Assembly (NCBI GenBank): GCA_044440125.1
Contig: JBITAJ010000028.1
Coordinates: 64,001 to 128,000, forward strand
Length of the DNA: 64,000 bases
Direction: 5' to 3'
Source of the DNA: Sedimentisphaeraceae bacterium JB056
GTDB lineage: Bacteria > Planctomycetota > Phycisphaerae > Sedimentisphaerales > Sedimentisphaeraceae
Positions 1 through 8,340 of the stretch are shown here, piece after piece. The notes under the pieces are model-generated. The model saw only the letters and a list, made by a program, of their open reading frames with translations, was not told the DNA's origin and searched no databases. Both the position numbers and the translations under genes were made by a program. The first letter of the stretch is position 1; every line of letters starts with the position of its first letter.

Positions 1-1254
1 GGTGTAAGATCTATCGTGAATCTCATAGAAGTCGATCCACCTGCTCATATAACTGACATAAATATCAAAAAAGACGTTGAGCAGGCTTTAATATTTGACC
101 CTGCTACTAACTCTGATGATATAGAAATTGAAGTTGAGGTAGATCAGGGAATAGTAACACTTAGCGGCACTGCTTCATCATGGCAGCAGAAAAGACTCTG
201 TTCAACAGTTGCAAAAGGCGTAAAAGGCGTCACTGAAATCGTTAATAACATCAAAATCGAATACGGTATTGAAAGAAGTGATGACCAGATTAAAGATGAA
301 ATACAGGCAATGCTTTCAAACGACATAAAAGTCGATGATGCAATGATATACATAGAAGTTGAAGACGGCAATGTAATGTTAAAAGGAAGTGTAGGCAGCT
401 TGGCAGAAAAGAATAGTGCCAGAATGCTTTCATGGGTATCAGGAGTCGAGAATGTGAACACAGACCATCTTGAAATAAAGTGGTGGGCACGTGACTCCAT
501 GAGACGAAAAAAGATGTATATCTCACGAAGTGATGATGAAATCGAAAAAGCAGTCACTGATGCGATAATGTACGACCCAAGAGTAAATTACTTCGATATC
601 AACATAGATGTAAAATTCGGCAAGGTAATACTTAGCGGCGTTGTAGATAATTTGAAAGCCAAAAAAGCTGCTGAATGGGACGCTAAAAACACAATAGGCG
701 TGTCAATTGTAAACAACAACATACGTATTCGATTTGCAGAGGATGTCTCTGATGACAATTTGACTTCAGCTATCACTGAAAATTTCAAAAGCGACCCATA
801 CCTTGAAAGGTTTGATATTGAAGTAATAGTCATTGGCGGCAAGGTTTATCTATATGGGGATGTAAACACTTCCTAGGAACAAAATTATGCAGAGAAATCG
901 ATTGAAAATTTCCAAGGCGTAATAGACGTTTTCAATAATATAGAAGCAAGAAATAAATGGACCTGGCGCCCTGACTGGGAGATCAAGCAAAATGTTGAAG
1001 ACCAGATAATGTGGAGTCCATTCGTTGACGGTGATGACATTACCGTTTCTGTAAAAGATGGAGTAGTAACACTTCGCGGCGAAGTCGAAACTTACTCAGA
1101 AGGACAGAGCGCCGTTGACAACGCCTATGAAGGCGGAGCCAAAAAGGTGGAAAACGATCTTGATATACACTATGAATATTACGGGCCATACCATTACAGC
1201 CCATATTCACCGCCCTATTACTATCCATACTACTCATATGGCTATTACTATTAA
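1..1254 (+). pseudogene. Multi-BON-domain protein (5'-truncated by window edge) interrupted by a single in-frame TAG at 874-876; pseudogene, sequencing error or readthrough
   Basis: Repeated BON units (I.V.V..G.V.L.G.V.S....A...A....GV..V.N.I). Frame is open from base 1. ORFs 16-876 and 1009-1254 are in the same frame and the intervening 877-1008 reads EQNYAEKSIENFQGVIDVFNNIEARNKWTWRPDWEIKQNVEDQI, completing a BON repeat. Confidence 0.8.
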
Positions 1255-1336
1255 TTAAAGAAAAAGCAACTAAGCACAAAGATATATCGGAATTAACGCA
1301 ACAGTCTGAGATGGCTGATTCTATATATCCAGGTCT

Positions 1337-1370
1337 AAGCCTCGACTTTGAGAAGAGTCGGGGCTTTTTT
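1337..1370 (+). terminator. Intrinsic terminator
   Basis: AAGCCTCGACT-loop-AGTCGGGGCTT followed by T run. Confidence 0.8.
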
Positions 1371-1411
1371 AATGCCCTGACGTCACGCTTAGATTATTAA
1401 TATTAAAAAAC

Positions 1412-1439
1412 TTGACAAATAGTAAGCTAATGTTAATCT
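1412..1439 (+). promoter_or_regulatory. Sigma70-type promoter for lipoprotein pair
   Basis: TTGACA (1412-1417), 16 nt, TGn-TAATCT; SD AAGGAG before ATG 1493. Confidence 0.6.
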
Positions 1440-1492
1440 TATTACTAATGGTATGCATTAACATGTATTAATATTAAGAAAGGAGCGTCATA

Positions 1493-3286
1493 ATGAGGAA
1501 AACTTTAAAATTCATCTCATTCCTAATTCTACTGACATTAATCCCCGGCTGTCTGGAAATGGAGCGGCACGTATGGCTCAATCCCGATGGTTCAGGCAAG
1601 GCAACTGTACGAGTAGTAATACCCGACTCAGCAAGAATGCAGGCCCTCGCGATGGGAGAAGCTAATTTATCAAAGCAGCAACAAGCTCTGGATATTGCCA
1701 AAGAAATAACAGGCCTTTCATTCTATTCTGACGACAATAGCTACGAGCAATGGCACTTTTCTGAAAACAGTGTAGAAAGCGGAACATATTGGGACAACGT
1801 AGATTTTGGGGTTACAGAAGACGACAAGATATATTTCAACGGTACAGTATACTTCAAAAACTATAATGAGTTTTTTGACGATATGAACTCAATGCTGGAC
1901 GATATAGATATAATTGGCAATATCGAGCTCATTACTGGCGAAAACGGCGAGATGCATCTTGTCGAAACAGTAAATGAATGGCAAATGGAGGAAGAAGACA
2001 ACTCCAAATCAGAAACAGAAGAGCTGACCGAAGACCAATTGCAATTCAGAAAATCTCAGATGCGCTCACAGCTTAAGCAAACGATAGCCATGCTCAAGCC
2101 ATACATCGAGAACATGAACATTTCTACATATTACTACTTTCCAGGTGATGTGACTGATTATACCGGCTTTGAAATATTCGACAAAGGCATCACATACACT
2201 ATAACAGGCAGCGATATAATCAAAGGCTACGATGCGATTTTGCTTGACGATGAAGCTCTCGCTCAAATTGCTGAAAAAGAAAACAACTCAATAGGAATGA
2301 TGATCGGAAAGGACTTCCTTAGAGAAAAACTATTCGGCACAAAAGAGCTTTTCAAAGCAAGTATTAAACCACAGACAAGCTTTGATTTCACGCAGGAAAC
2401 AGAAAATGCCAAGGCATACCTTCCTGAACTCAAAGAAAAACTGAGCATCAATGATGAAATTACTGTTGATGAAAATTCTGCGGCGGCTAAAGTAATCAGC
2501 TCAGAAGTTACCGCTGTTTCATTTGTCAGAAAGCCTGCACTTGCTGACAAGTTTAAAGACAGCTCATACGGTTCATATAACACAGAAAACAGTGCGGTTG
2601 TCTGCGTAGACTTTGATACACCTATAGAAAAAGATGATATCGAAATCAAGCTTGTAACCGCAAATGATAACAAAAACCGCTCACTTATCACAGAAGATAA
2701 CTGGACATATGTGGAATATCAGTCTGACGATAAAACAAGAATAGCCTTCGAGGTGGATATCGCACAGCCTTATAAGGACACAGAATACATCAATGGACTC
2801 GAATTCAAAGCCGAACTGACATACAAAGGTGACCCTGAAGTAATCAACGCTGGCGAAATAGTACCTGCTAAAGACGCGGTATCCCAGGATGGCAAAATCA
2901 AAATCATTGATTGGCAGGTAAGGGAAAATGCCGCTTTACTTGCAAAGGAACAATTGGCAATCCCTGAAGACGACAGAGAGCCAATTTCTTTCGCAAGAAT
3001 AGGCCTTGAGCTTACTACAGATTTGAAGTACATCAGCGATATTGCTCTTTTCAATTCGAAAGGTAAAAAACTGAACGCTTATGGAAACTGTGGTGATGAT
3101 ATCGAGGAAGTACGCCCGGGATGTTTCTCTGGATATTTGAATATCTACGAAGAAGTGCCGGACTTCATAATAATAAAGGCCATAGGTTCGGATCATTTCA
3201 ATCAAACAAGTTTCAATTTCTCAACCGAAGCATTCGATCTTATGGGCAAGCCTATTGAGAAAGAACAGAATGAAACAGTGAATTAA
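1493..3286 (+). CDS. Acidic lipoprotein of unknown function (LppM/DUF3153-like N-terminus)
   Basis: Signal peptide with lipobox IPG-C; CLEME...LNPDGSGK motif; 597 aa. Confidence 0.7.
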   Translation: MRKTLKFISFLILLTLIPGCLEMERHVWLNPDGSGKATVRVVIPDSARMQALAMGEANLSKQQQALDIAKEITGLSFYSDDNSYEQWHFSENSVESGTYWDNVDFGVTEDDKIYFNGTVYFKNYNEFFDDMNSMLDDIDIIGNIELITGENGEMHLVETVNEWQMEEEDNSKSETEELTEDQLQFRKSQMRSQLKQTIAMLKPYIENMNISTYYYFPGDVTDYTGFEIFDKGITYTITGSDIIKGYDAILLDDEALAQIAEKENNSIGMMIGKDFLREKLFGTKELFKASIKPQTSFDFTQETENAKAYLPELKEKLSINDEITVDENSAAAKVISSEVTAVSFVRKPALADKFKDSSYGSYNTENSAVVCVDFDTPIEKDDIEIKLVTANDNKNRSLITEDNWTYVEYQSDDKTRIAFEVDIAQPYKDTEYINGLEFKAELTYKGDPEVINAGEIVPAKDAVSQDGKIKIIDWQVRENAALLAKEQLAIPEDDREPISFARIGLELTTDLKYISDIALFNSKGKKLNAYGNCGDDIEEVRPGCFSGYLNIYEEVPDFIIIKAIGSDHFNQTSFNFSTEAFDLMGKPIEKEQNETVN

Positions 3287-3333
3287 CAATTCATCACCAA
3301 AACTTAAATTAAATCTTTGATAGGTATAAAAAA

Positions 3334-5034
3334 ATGAAGAAATTTATATTTTTAAGCTTAATAGCAATGATTATGGCAGGTTGCCTTGAAGTCGAGGAAG
3401 ATTATTATATCAACCCGGATGGTTCAGGTAAACTTATAACAAAAACAGTTATCTTTGAAGATACCGCAGGAATGATGGGATCTCAGTATAATGTAAAAAG
3501 CTCCGAAGAGTTGGCTAAGAAAATTGCTCAGGAAATGTTGAGCCAATACAAAACCGGCACTGATACAGATAGCGATGACTACTTATACATATCCGATATG
3601 GAATACGGTCAGGCAGACACTGGTACATATTATGTGAATGCTACGATATATTTCAGCGATGTTAATTTGACATTAGAAAACAACGATATCCAGGTATTCA
3701 GCGCTGGCGAAAACAGTGAAGGCCAATTCATCCTTGCAGTGGTTAATGATACGACTGAAGAAAGAGAACTGAAAGAAGAAAAGGATCAAGCAGATATAGA
3801 CGAGGAAAAGCTGAAACTTAAAGCCGAGCAGATAAAGGCACAGCTTAACACAAGCAAAACATCTGCTGAGATGTATCTAAAAAGCTTCAAATCATCAAGC
3901 AAGTATCACTTTGCAGGCAATATTGTCTCATACGATGGTTTTGATCTTACTGACAACACACTCAGTCTTAATCTAACCGGCAAAGAGATATTAGGCAATA
4001 TCGACAAACTTGTCAATGATGATTCAAAGCTGATGCAATTAGCCGCATCAGAAACATCATCACCTTATGAAGACACTGCTATCATGTCTGAACTAATGTT
4101 TGGTAAATCAACAATTCAGTTTACAGGCGAAAAAGATGACAGCAAGCCGGCGTTTGATTTTTCAGAAGAAATCGAGAAAGCGAAGATTGCTCATGAAGGG
4201 TATATGAAAGAACTTGAACTGGATTCCGCCAATCTATCTGATACAACTACAGAAATCAAGACCGCGAACATGCCTGAAATCAAGAACGTTGGATTAGTCG
4301 CCATATCTGCTATAAACAAGCCTTACCGAAAAGAAGAGAAACAAAATGACCACTTCTATAATATATCATCATACGATATGGATGAACCCGGCATAAGACT
4401 TACGCTTTGCATCGAATTAACAAATGAGATCGCTGACACAGGACTGACTAAATTTGAGCAGATCATTGATGATAAGGGCAATATACTCTCCGTAATTGAC
4501 AGCTACAATACTCCATCTGCTTCAAAAGACAGAAAAAATATACTTGTAAGCCAAAAATTCAAAGGTCTGCCCTCTGAAGATGCCGCATATTTCAAGAACA
4601 TAAAAGGCACGATCACTTGTCAGGCAATGAATGAACCTCGCATGGTTGAGCTTGGCGAAATTTCCGTTATAGAAAATGCAAAATCAGAGAATGGTACTCT
4701 TTCAATCGAAAGCCTTTACGAAGGAGGATACGGAGACAATGGAAGCATGCAATTGAAAATCAATTACGACAAGGCAAAAATCATAGACATCCAAATATTT
4801 GACACCTTGGGGACAGAGATCAATTGCTCATATCAAAAGATGTATGGACACAACAACATTTATTCAACATACATCAATTTTGAACAAAATTATCCAGACA
4901 CTTTGCTTGTAAAAGCTGTTGTCGTTGACGGCACAAAAGAAATTGAACTACCGTTTGAAACCGGACCTGTAGACTTTAACGGCAATCCTGTTGAAGTTGA
5001 ACAGAAAGAACCACAAAGTAAAGATTCAGAATAA
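3334..5034 (+). CDS. Acidic lipoprotein, paralog of upstream gene
   Basis: Lipobox MAG-C; CLEVE...INPDGSGK; shares motifs along its length with 1493-3286. Confidence 0.7.
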   Translation: MKKFIFLSLIAMIMAGCLEVEEDYYINPDGSGKLITKTVIFEDTAGMMGSQYNVKSSEELAKKIAQEMLSQYKTGTDTDSDDYLYISDMEYGQADTGTYYVNATIYFSDVNLTLENNDIQVFSAGENSEGQFILAVVNDTTEERELKEEKDQADIDEEKLKLKAEQIKAQLNTSKTSAEMYLKSFKSSSKYHFAGNIVSYDGFDLTDNTLSLNLTGKEILGNIDKLVNDDSKLMQLAASETSSPYEDTAIMSELMFGKSTIQFTGEKDDSKPAFDFSEEIEKAKIAHEGYMKELELDSANLSDTTTEIKTANMPEIKNVGLVAISAINKPYRKEEKQNDHFYNISSYDMDEPGIRLTLCIELTNEIADTGLTKFEQIIDDKGNILSVIDSYNTPSASKDRKNILVSQKFKGLPSEDAAYFKNIKGTITCQAMNEPRMVELGEISVIENAKSENGTLSIESLYEGGYGDNGSMQLKINYDKAKIIDIQIFDTLGTEINCSYQKMYGHNNIYSTYINFEQNYPDTLLVKAVVVDGTKEIELPFETGPVDFNGNPVEVEQKEPQSKDSE

Positions 5035-5038
5035 AACG

Positions 5039-5074
5039 AAAAGGCCTCGATTTTGAATATCGAGGCCTTTTTTT
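5039..5074. terminator. Bidirectional intrinsic terminator
   Basis: AAAAGGCCTCGAT-loop-ATCGAGGCCTTTTTTT between convergent genes. Confidence 0.85.
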
Positions 5075-5082
5075 ATTTCAAT

Positions 5083-6069
5083 TCAGTTATTTTCGTAGCC
5101 CTTCGCTTTCCAGCATGCAACCCAGCGGCCTGATTGAACTTCCTTCAAAGGCGGCTCGGTCTCTATGCATTTTCGATACCCTTTGCATATCTTACACCTT
5201 GGATGAAACTTACAACCGGTCGGGAAATGCAATGGATCGGGTACGCTGCCTTTAATTGTCTGTAAACGAACCGTCTTTTGACCAAGTTTGGGCAGAGAAT
5301 CAAGCAGCCCTTGGGTATATGGATGTAGAGGATTATCAAATATCTGCTCAACAGAAGCCTTTTCTGCAATTTTAGAAGCATACATTACAACAACATCATC
5401 TGCGTTTTCAGCCACAACACCTAAATCGTGAGTGATAAGAAGTATACTCATCTTATTACGCTGCTGCAAATCACGGATAAGTTCGAGTATTTGGGCTTGG
5501 ATTGTAACATCAAGAGCCGTAGTTGGCTCATCAGCTATAAGCAGAGAAGGATTGCAGCTTAGAGCCATAGCTATCATTATACGTTGCCTCATACCACCAG
5601 AAAGCTGGTGAGGATATTCATCTATCCTCCTAATCGGGTCAGCAATCCCGACAAGCGAAAGGATATCTATAACACGCTCATAAATCTGCTGCTCTGTCAG
5701 CTTCTCATGCTGACGTATTGCTTCAGCAATTTGATAACCAATGGTATATACTGGATTGAGGCTTGTCATAGGCTCCTGAAAGATCATCGCAATCTCATTG
5801 CCTCTTATTTGCCTCATTCTCTTTTCATCGGCATTTGTAAGCTCCTCACCTTTGAAAAAAATCTTACCTGCTGATATCTTACCTGGTGGTATGGGAAGCA
5901 AACGAAGTATTGCAAGAGATGTAACGCTTTTACCACAGCCGCTTTCCCCAACTACAGCCAGTGTCTTGCCTTCATCTACACCATAGCTGACCCCACCGAC
6001 AGCTTTAACAACACCGTCATCGGTAGAAAAACTTACTTCAAGGTTTTGTATAGAAAGCAACTGGTTCAT
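5083..6069 (-). CDS. oppD: Oligopeptide/dipeptide ABC transporter ATP-binding protein (OppD/DppD)
   Basis: GESGCGKS Walker [26 protein letters not shown]-terminal GCKFHPRC; likely start ATG 6069. Confidence 0.9.
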   Translation of the reverse strand: MNQLLSIQNLEVSFSTDDGVVKAVGGVSYGVDEGKTLAVVGESGCGKSVTSLAILRLLPIPPGKISAGKIFFKGEELTNADEKRMRQIRGNEIAMIFQEPMTSLNPVYTIGYQIAEAIRQHEKLTEQQIYERVIDILSLVGIADPIRRIDEYPHQLSGGMRQRIMIAMALSCNPSLLIADEPTTALDVTIQAQILELIRDLQQRNKMSILLITHDLGVVAENADDVVVMYASKIAEKASVEQIFDNPLHPYTQGLLDSLPKLGQKTVRLQTIKGSVPDPLHFPTGCKFHPRCKICKGYRKCIETEPPLKEVQSGRWVACWKAKGYENN

Positions 6070-6109
6070 TTTACAAATACCTGCCTGTCCAGAATAAAAA
6101 CGCGCAAGC

Positions 6110-6137
6110 AAAAAAGCCCGGTTACGGCCGGGCTTTT
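6110..6137 (-). terminator. Terminator downstream of rplU
   Basis: AAAAAAGCCCGG-loop-CCGGGCTTTT. Confidence 0.75.
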
Positions 6138-6178
6138 GAGTTAGCTTATTTTATCGCAAAAGCGATCAACGTAACCAA

Positions 6179-6508
6179 TCAGGCTTCGATAGTATCGATG
6201 ATCACCTGAAGATATTTCTGCCTGTGACCAATTCTTTTCTTACTATTCTTACGCCTGCGGAAATGAGTAGGGTAAAGCTTTGGGCCTTTTACAACAGCAT
6301 CGCCATCGTAAATATCAAGCTTAGCGACAACTTTGGCACCTTCGATATAAGGCTTACCAACCTTAACCTGTTCACCATCATTGACAAACAGAACATTGCT
6401 GAGCTCAATTGTTTCTGCGCCTTCAGCTACATCAACAAGCTCGATATTAATCTTATCGCCCTGCGATACCTTATATTGTTTACCACCTTGTTCGATTATT
6501 GCATACAT
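6179..6508 (-). CDS. rplU: 50S ribosomal protein L21
   Basis: MYAIIEQGGKQYKV...GHRQKY; GGAG SD upstream of ATG 6508. Confidence 0.97.
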   Translation of the reverse strand: MYAIIEQGGKQYKVSQGDKINIELVDVAEGAETIELSNVLFVNDGEQVKVGKPYIEGAKVVAKLDIYDGDAVVKGPKLYPTHFRRRKNSKKRIGHRQKYLQVIIDTIEA

Positions 6509-6783
6509 ATTATAAATCTCCAAATTTTCATTTACAAATAGAGCGACAATTCTAATCGTTTAGGCCAGATAGTAAAGAAGATTTTATGATTTTTAGCCGT
6601 CTGGGGCAAAAAAACTTGCATAACGGGCCTAAAAACAGCAAAAAACAGTAGAAAAAACCAAAAAAAACTTGAAATAAAAAAACAATTCAGGATAATAAGG
6701 GTAAACATATATAACAAATACACAATGGCAACTTTGTTTATTGCGTCTTCAAGAAGGCGAAAACTTTTACGGGGGTTAACATA

Positions 6784-7260
6784 ATGAAACTGAGCAGATC
6801 AACCGGCTACGGACTTATAGCTGTAGGTTATATCGCTCAATACGGCGATAATAACACAGCTATCCTTGCCTCAACAATCTCGGAGGAATACGGCATCCCT
6901 CTGGAGTATCTTTTGAAGATTCTTCAGTTGTTGGTGCGATCAAACGTTCTTCGGAGTAAGAGAGGTCCCAGAGGCGGCTTCTATCTCACTAAATCATTGG
7001 AAGAAACAACTCTTCTCGAAATAGTTGAAGCAGTTGATGGACCTATGAATAACGAACTGCAACTACCGGAAAAGGCTAAAGATACCAGTTTTATCCTGAA
7101 GATTTCTGGTGCGTGTTCAAGAATAACAGAAAAAACAAGGGATATGCTTGCCGCTGTGAAACTCAGCGATGTCGTTGTAAATGAAAAGGCTAAAGAAACA
7201 GCTGAGCAACAGGAACAATCACAACCAAAGCCAACACTTCACCAAAAAGATGAATATTAA
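6784..7260 (+). CDS. Rrf2-family transcriptional regulator (lacks Fe-S Cys triad)
   Basis: YLLKILQLL...SKRGPRGGFYL...TLLEIVEAVDG. Confidence 0.92.
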   Translation: MKLSRSTGYGLIAVGYIAQYGDNNTAILASTISEEYGIPLEYLLKILQLLVRSNVLRSKRGPRGGFYLTKSLEETTLLEIVEAVDGPMNNELQLPEKAKDTSFILKISGACSRITEKTRDMLAAVKLSDVVVNEKAKETAEQQEQSQPKPTLHQKDEY

Positions 7261-7513
7261 AGAATTTCAGAACTGGATAGAAAACCGTTACGGAAGCCGT
7301 GACAGAGAACGTGGAACAGCAGCAACGTTCATGTGGTTTATTGAAGAAGTTGGAGAGCTTTCAACCGCTCTTAGCGGTGACGACTTCGAGAACAAGCAGG
7401 AAGAATTCGCAGACGTATTCGCCTGGCTATGCACACTAGCAAACATAAACGGAGTTGATATAGAAAAAGCTTGCGAAAAATACACCGTAAAAGGTGTTGA
7501 AGGATATAAATAG
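7250..7513 (+). CDS. MazG-like nucleotide pyrophosphohydrolase
   Basis: EEVGEL...EEFADVFAWL all-alpha NTP-PPase motif; ATG 7250 overlaps Rrf2 3' end. Confidence 0.9.
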   Translation: MNIKEFQNWIENRYGSRDRERGTAATFMWFIEEVGELSTALSGDDFENKQEEFADVFAWLCTLANINGVDIEKACEKYTVKGVEGYK

Positions 7514-7620
7514 TAATATGAAGTTATCGGTTGGGAGACGTTACTCTCAATCAAATAGAATAACGTTAACCGCCAATGCGGTTATGTAAGTGTTAATACT
7601 CAAATCAATTGGGGGTTTTC

Positions 7621-7953
7621 ATGGCAAAGAAAACAGCAAAGAAAACAGTGAAGAAAGCAACAAAGAAGGCAGCAGCTAAGAAGGCTGCACCGAAAAAAGC
7701 AGCAGCTAAAAAGGCAGCTCCAAAAAAAGCTGCAAAGAAAGCCGCTCCAAAGAAGGCAGCAAAGAAAGCTGCAGCTCCAAAGGAAGTACTCTTTGTAGCA
7801 AGCAAGGTTAAAGCCTACATCAAGCAGAGCGATAAGATGACTGCTTCAGAGACTCTCGAGACTCTAAACGCAAAGATCTACGCAATGCTCGACGATGCTA
7901 TCAAGAGAACTGACGGCAATGGTCGTAAGACTGTTAAGCCTCAAGATCTTTGA
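7621..7953 (+). CDS. Bacterial histone-fold protein with N-terminal H1-like Lys/Ala/Pro tail
   Basis: Residues 1-54 KKAA(P/A) repeats; residues 55-110 EVLFVASKVKAYIK...GRKTVKPQDL with histone RKTVxxxD motif; GGGGG SD. Confidence 0.85.
   Translation: MAKKTAKKTVKKATKKAAAKKAAPKKAAAKKAAPKKAAKKAAPKKAAKKAAAPKEVLFVASKVKAYIKQSDKMTASETLETLNAKIYAMLDDAIKRTDGNGRKTVKPQDL
7627..7782 (+). repeat. Coding low-complexity repeat, 11 KK-initiated 4-5 aa units
   Basis: AAGAAGGCWGCW-type units with synonymous variation encoding KKAAP/KKAAA/KKAA. Confidence 0.85.
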
Positions 7954-7980
7954 TCCTTAAAAAACAGGATTAAGCAACTT

Positions 7981-8016
7981 AAAAAAAGGCCGCTTTTTAT
8001 AAGCGGCCTTTTTTTT
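7981..8016 (+). terminator. Intrinsic terminator after histone gene
   Basis: AAAAAAAGGCCGCTT-loop-AAGCGGCCTTTTTTTT. Confidence 0.9.
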
Positions 8017-8228
8017 ATTGCCGCAGCTCAATATCAATGCCGTAGATATACATTTTTGTACACACAAAATTGTATATACAAAAACTTCAAAACACATTTT
8101 TGTACAAAACCAGCCTTTATAAATACAGCTAAATTAATCCATCAGTTTTTTATATATACTTGAAAGAAGCGTATAAATAACTATTTAAAAAGAGCTTAAA
8201 TACTTGGCAGATATCAGAATCATTTTTA

Positions 8229-8243
8229 TGGCACACTAATTGT
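8229..8243 (+). promoter_or_regulatory. Putative sigma54 (-24/-12) promoter of amtB-P-II
   Basis: TGGCAC-ACTAA-TTGT versus consensus TGGCAC-N5-TTGC. Confidence 0.55.
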
Positions 8244-8340
8244 TTACAAATAAGTCGACGTCAAATCGTGTTCTATCGAGTGTGGTTAGATTCGATAGTG
8301 TAGACTAATAGATAGTGCTTAGAAATGGAGCTATAGTAAA

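Noticed and set aside
874..876. Genome-wide TAG reassignment
   Set aside because: mnmE, the MazG-like gene, nadK and others end properly at TAG.
7605..7805. Minus-strand AAFF-repeat 'membrane peptide'
   Set aside because: Reverse complement of the KKAA repeats in the histone gene.
8049..8104. CRISPR-like or iteron repeat
   Set aside because: Only three 12-bp units with irregular short spacing; better explained as regulator boxes.
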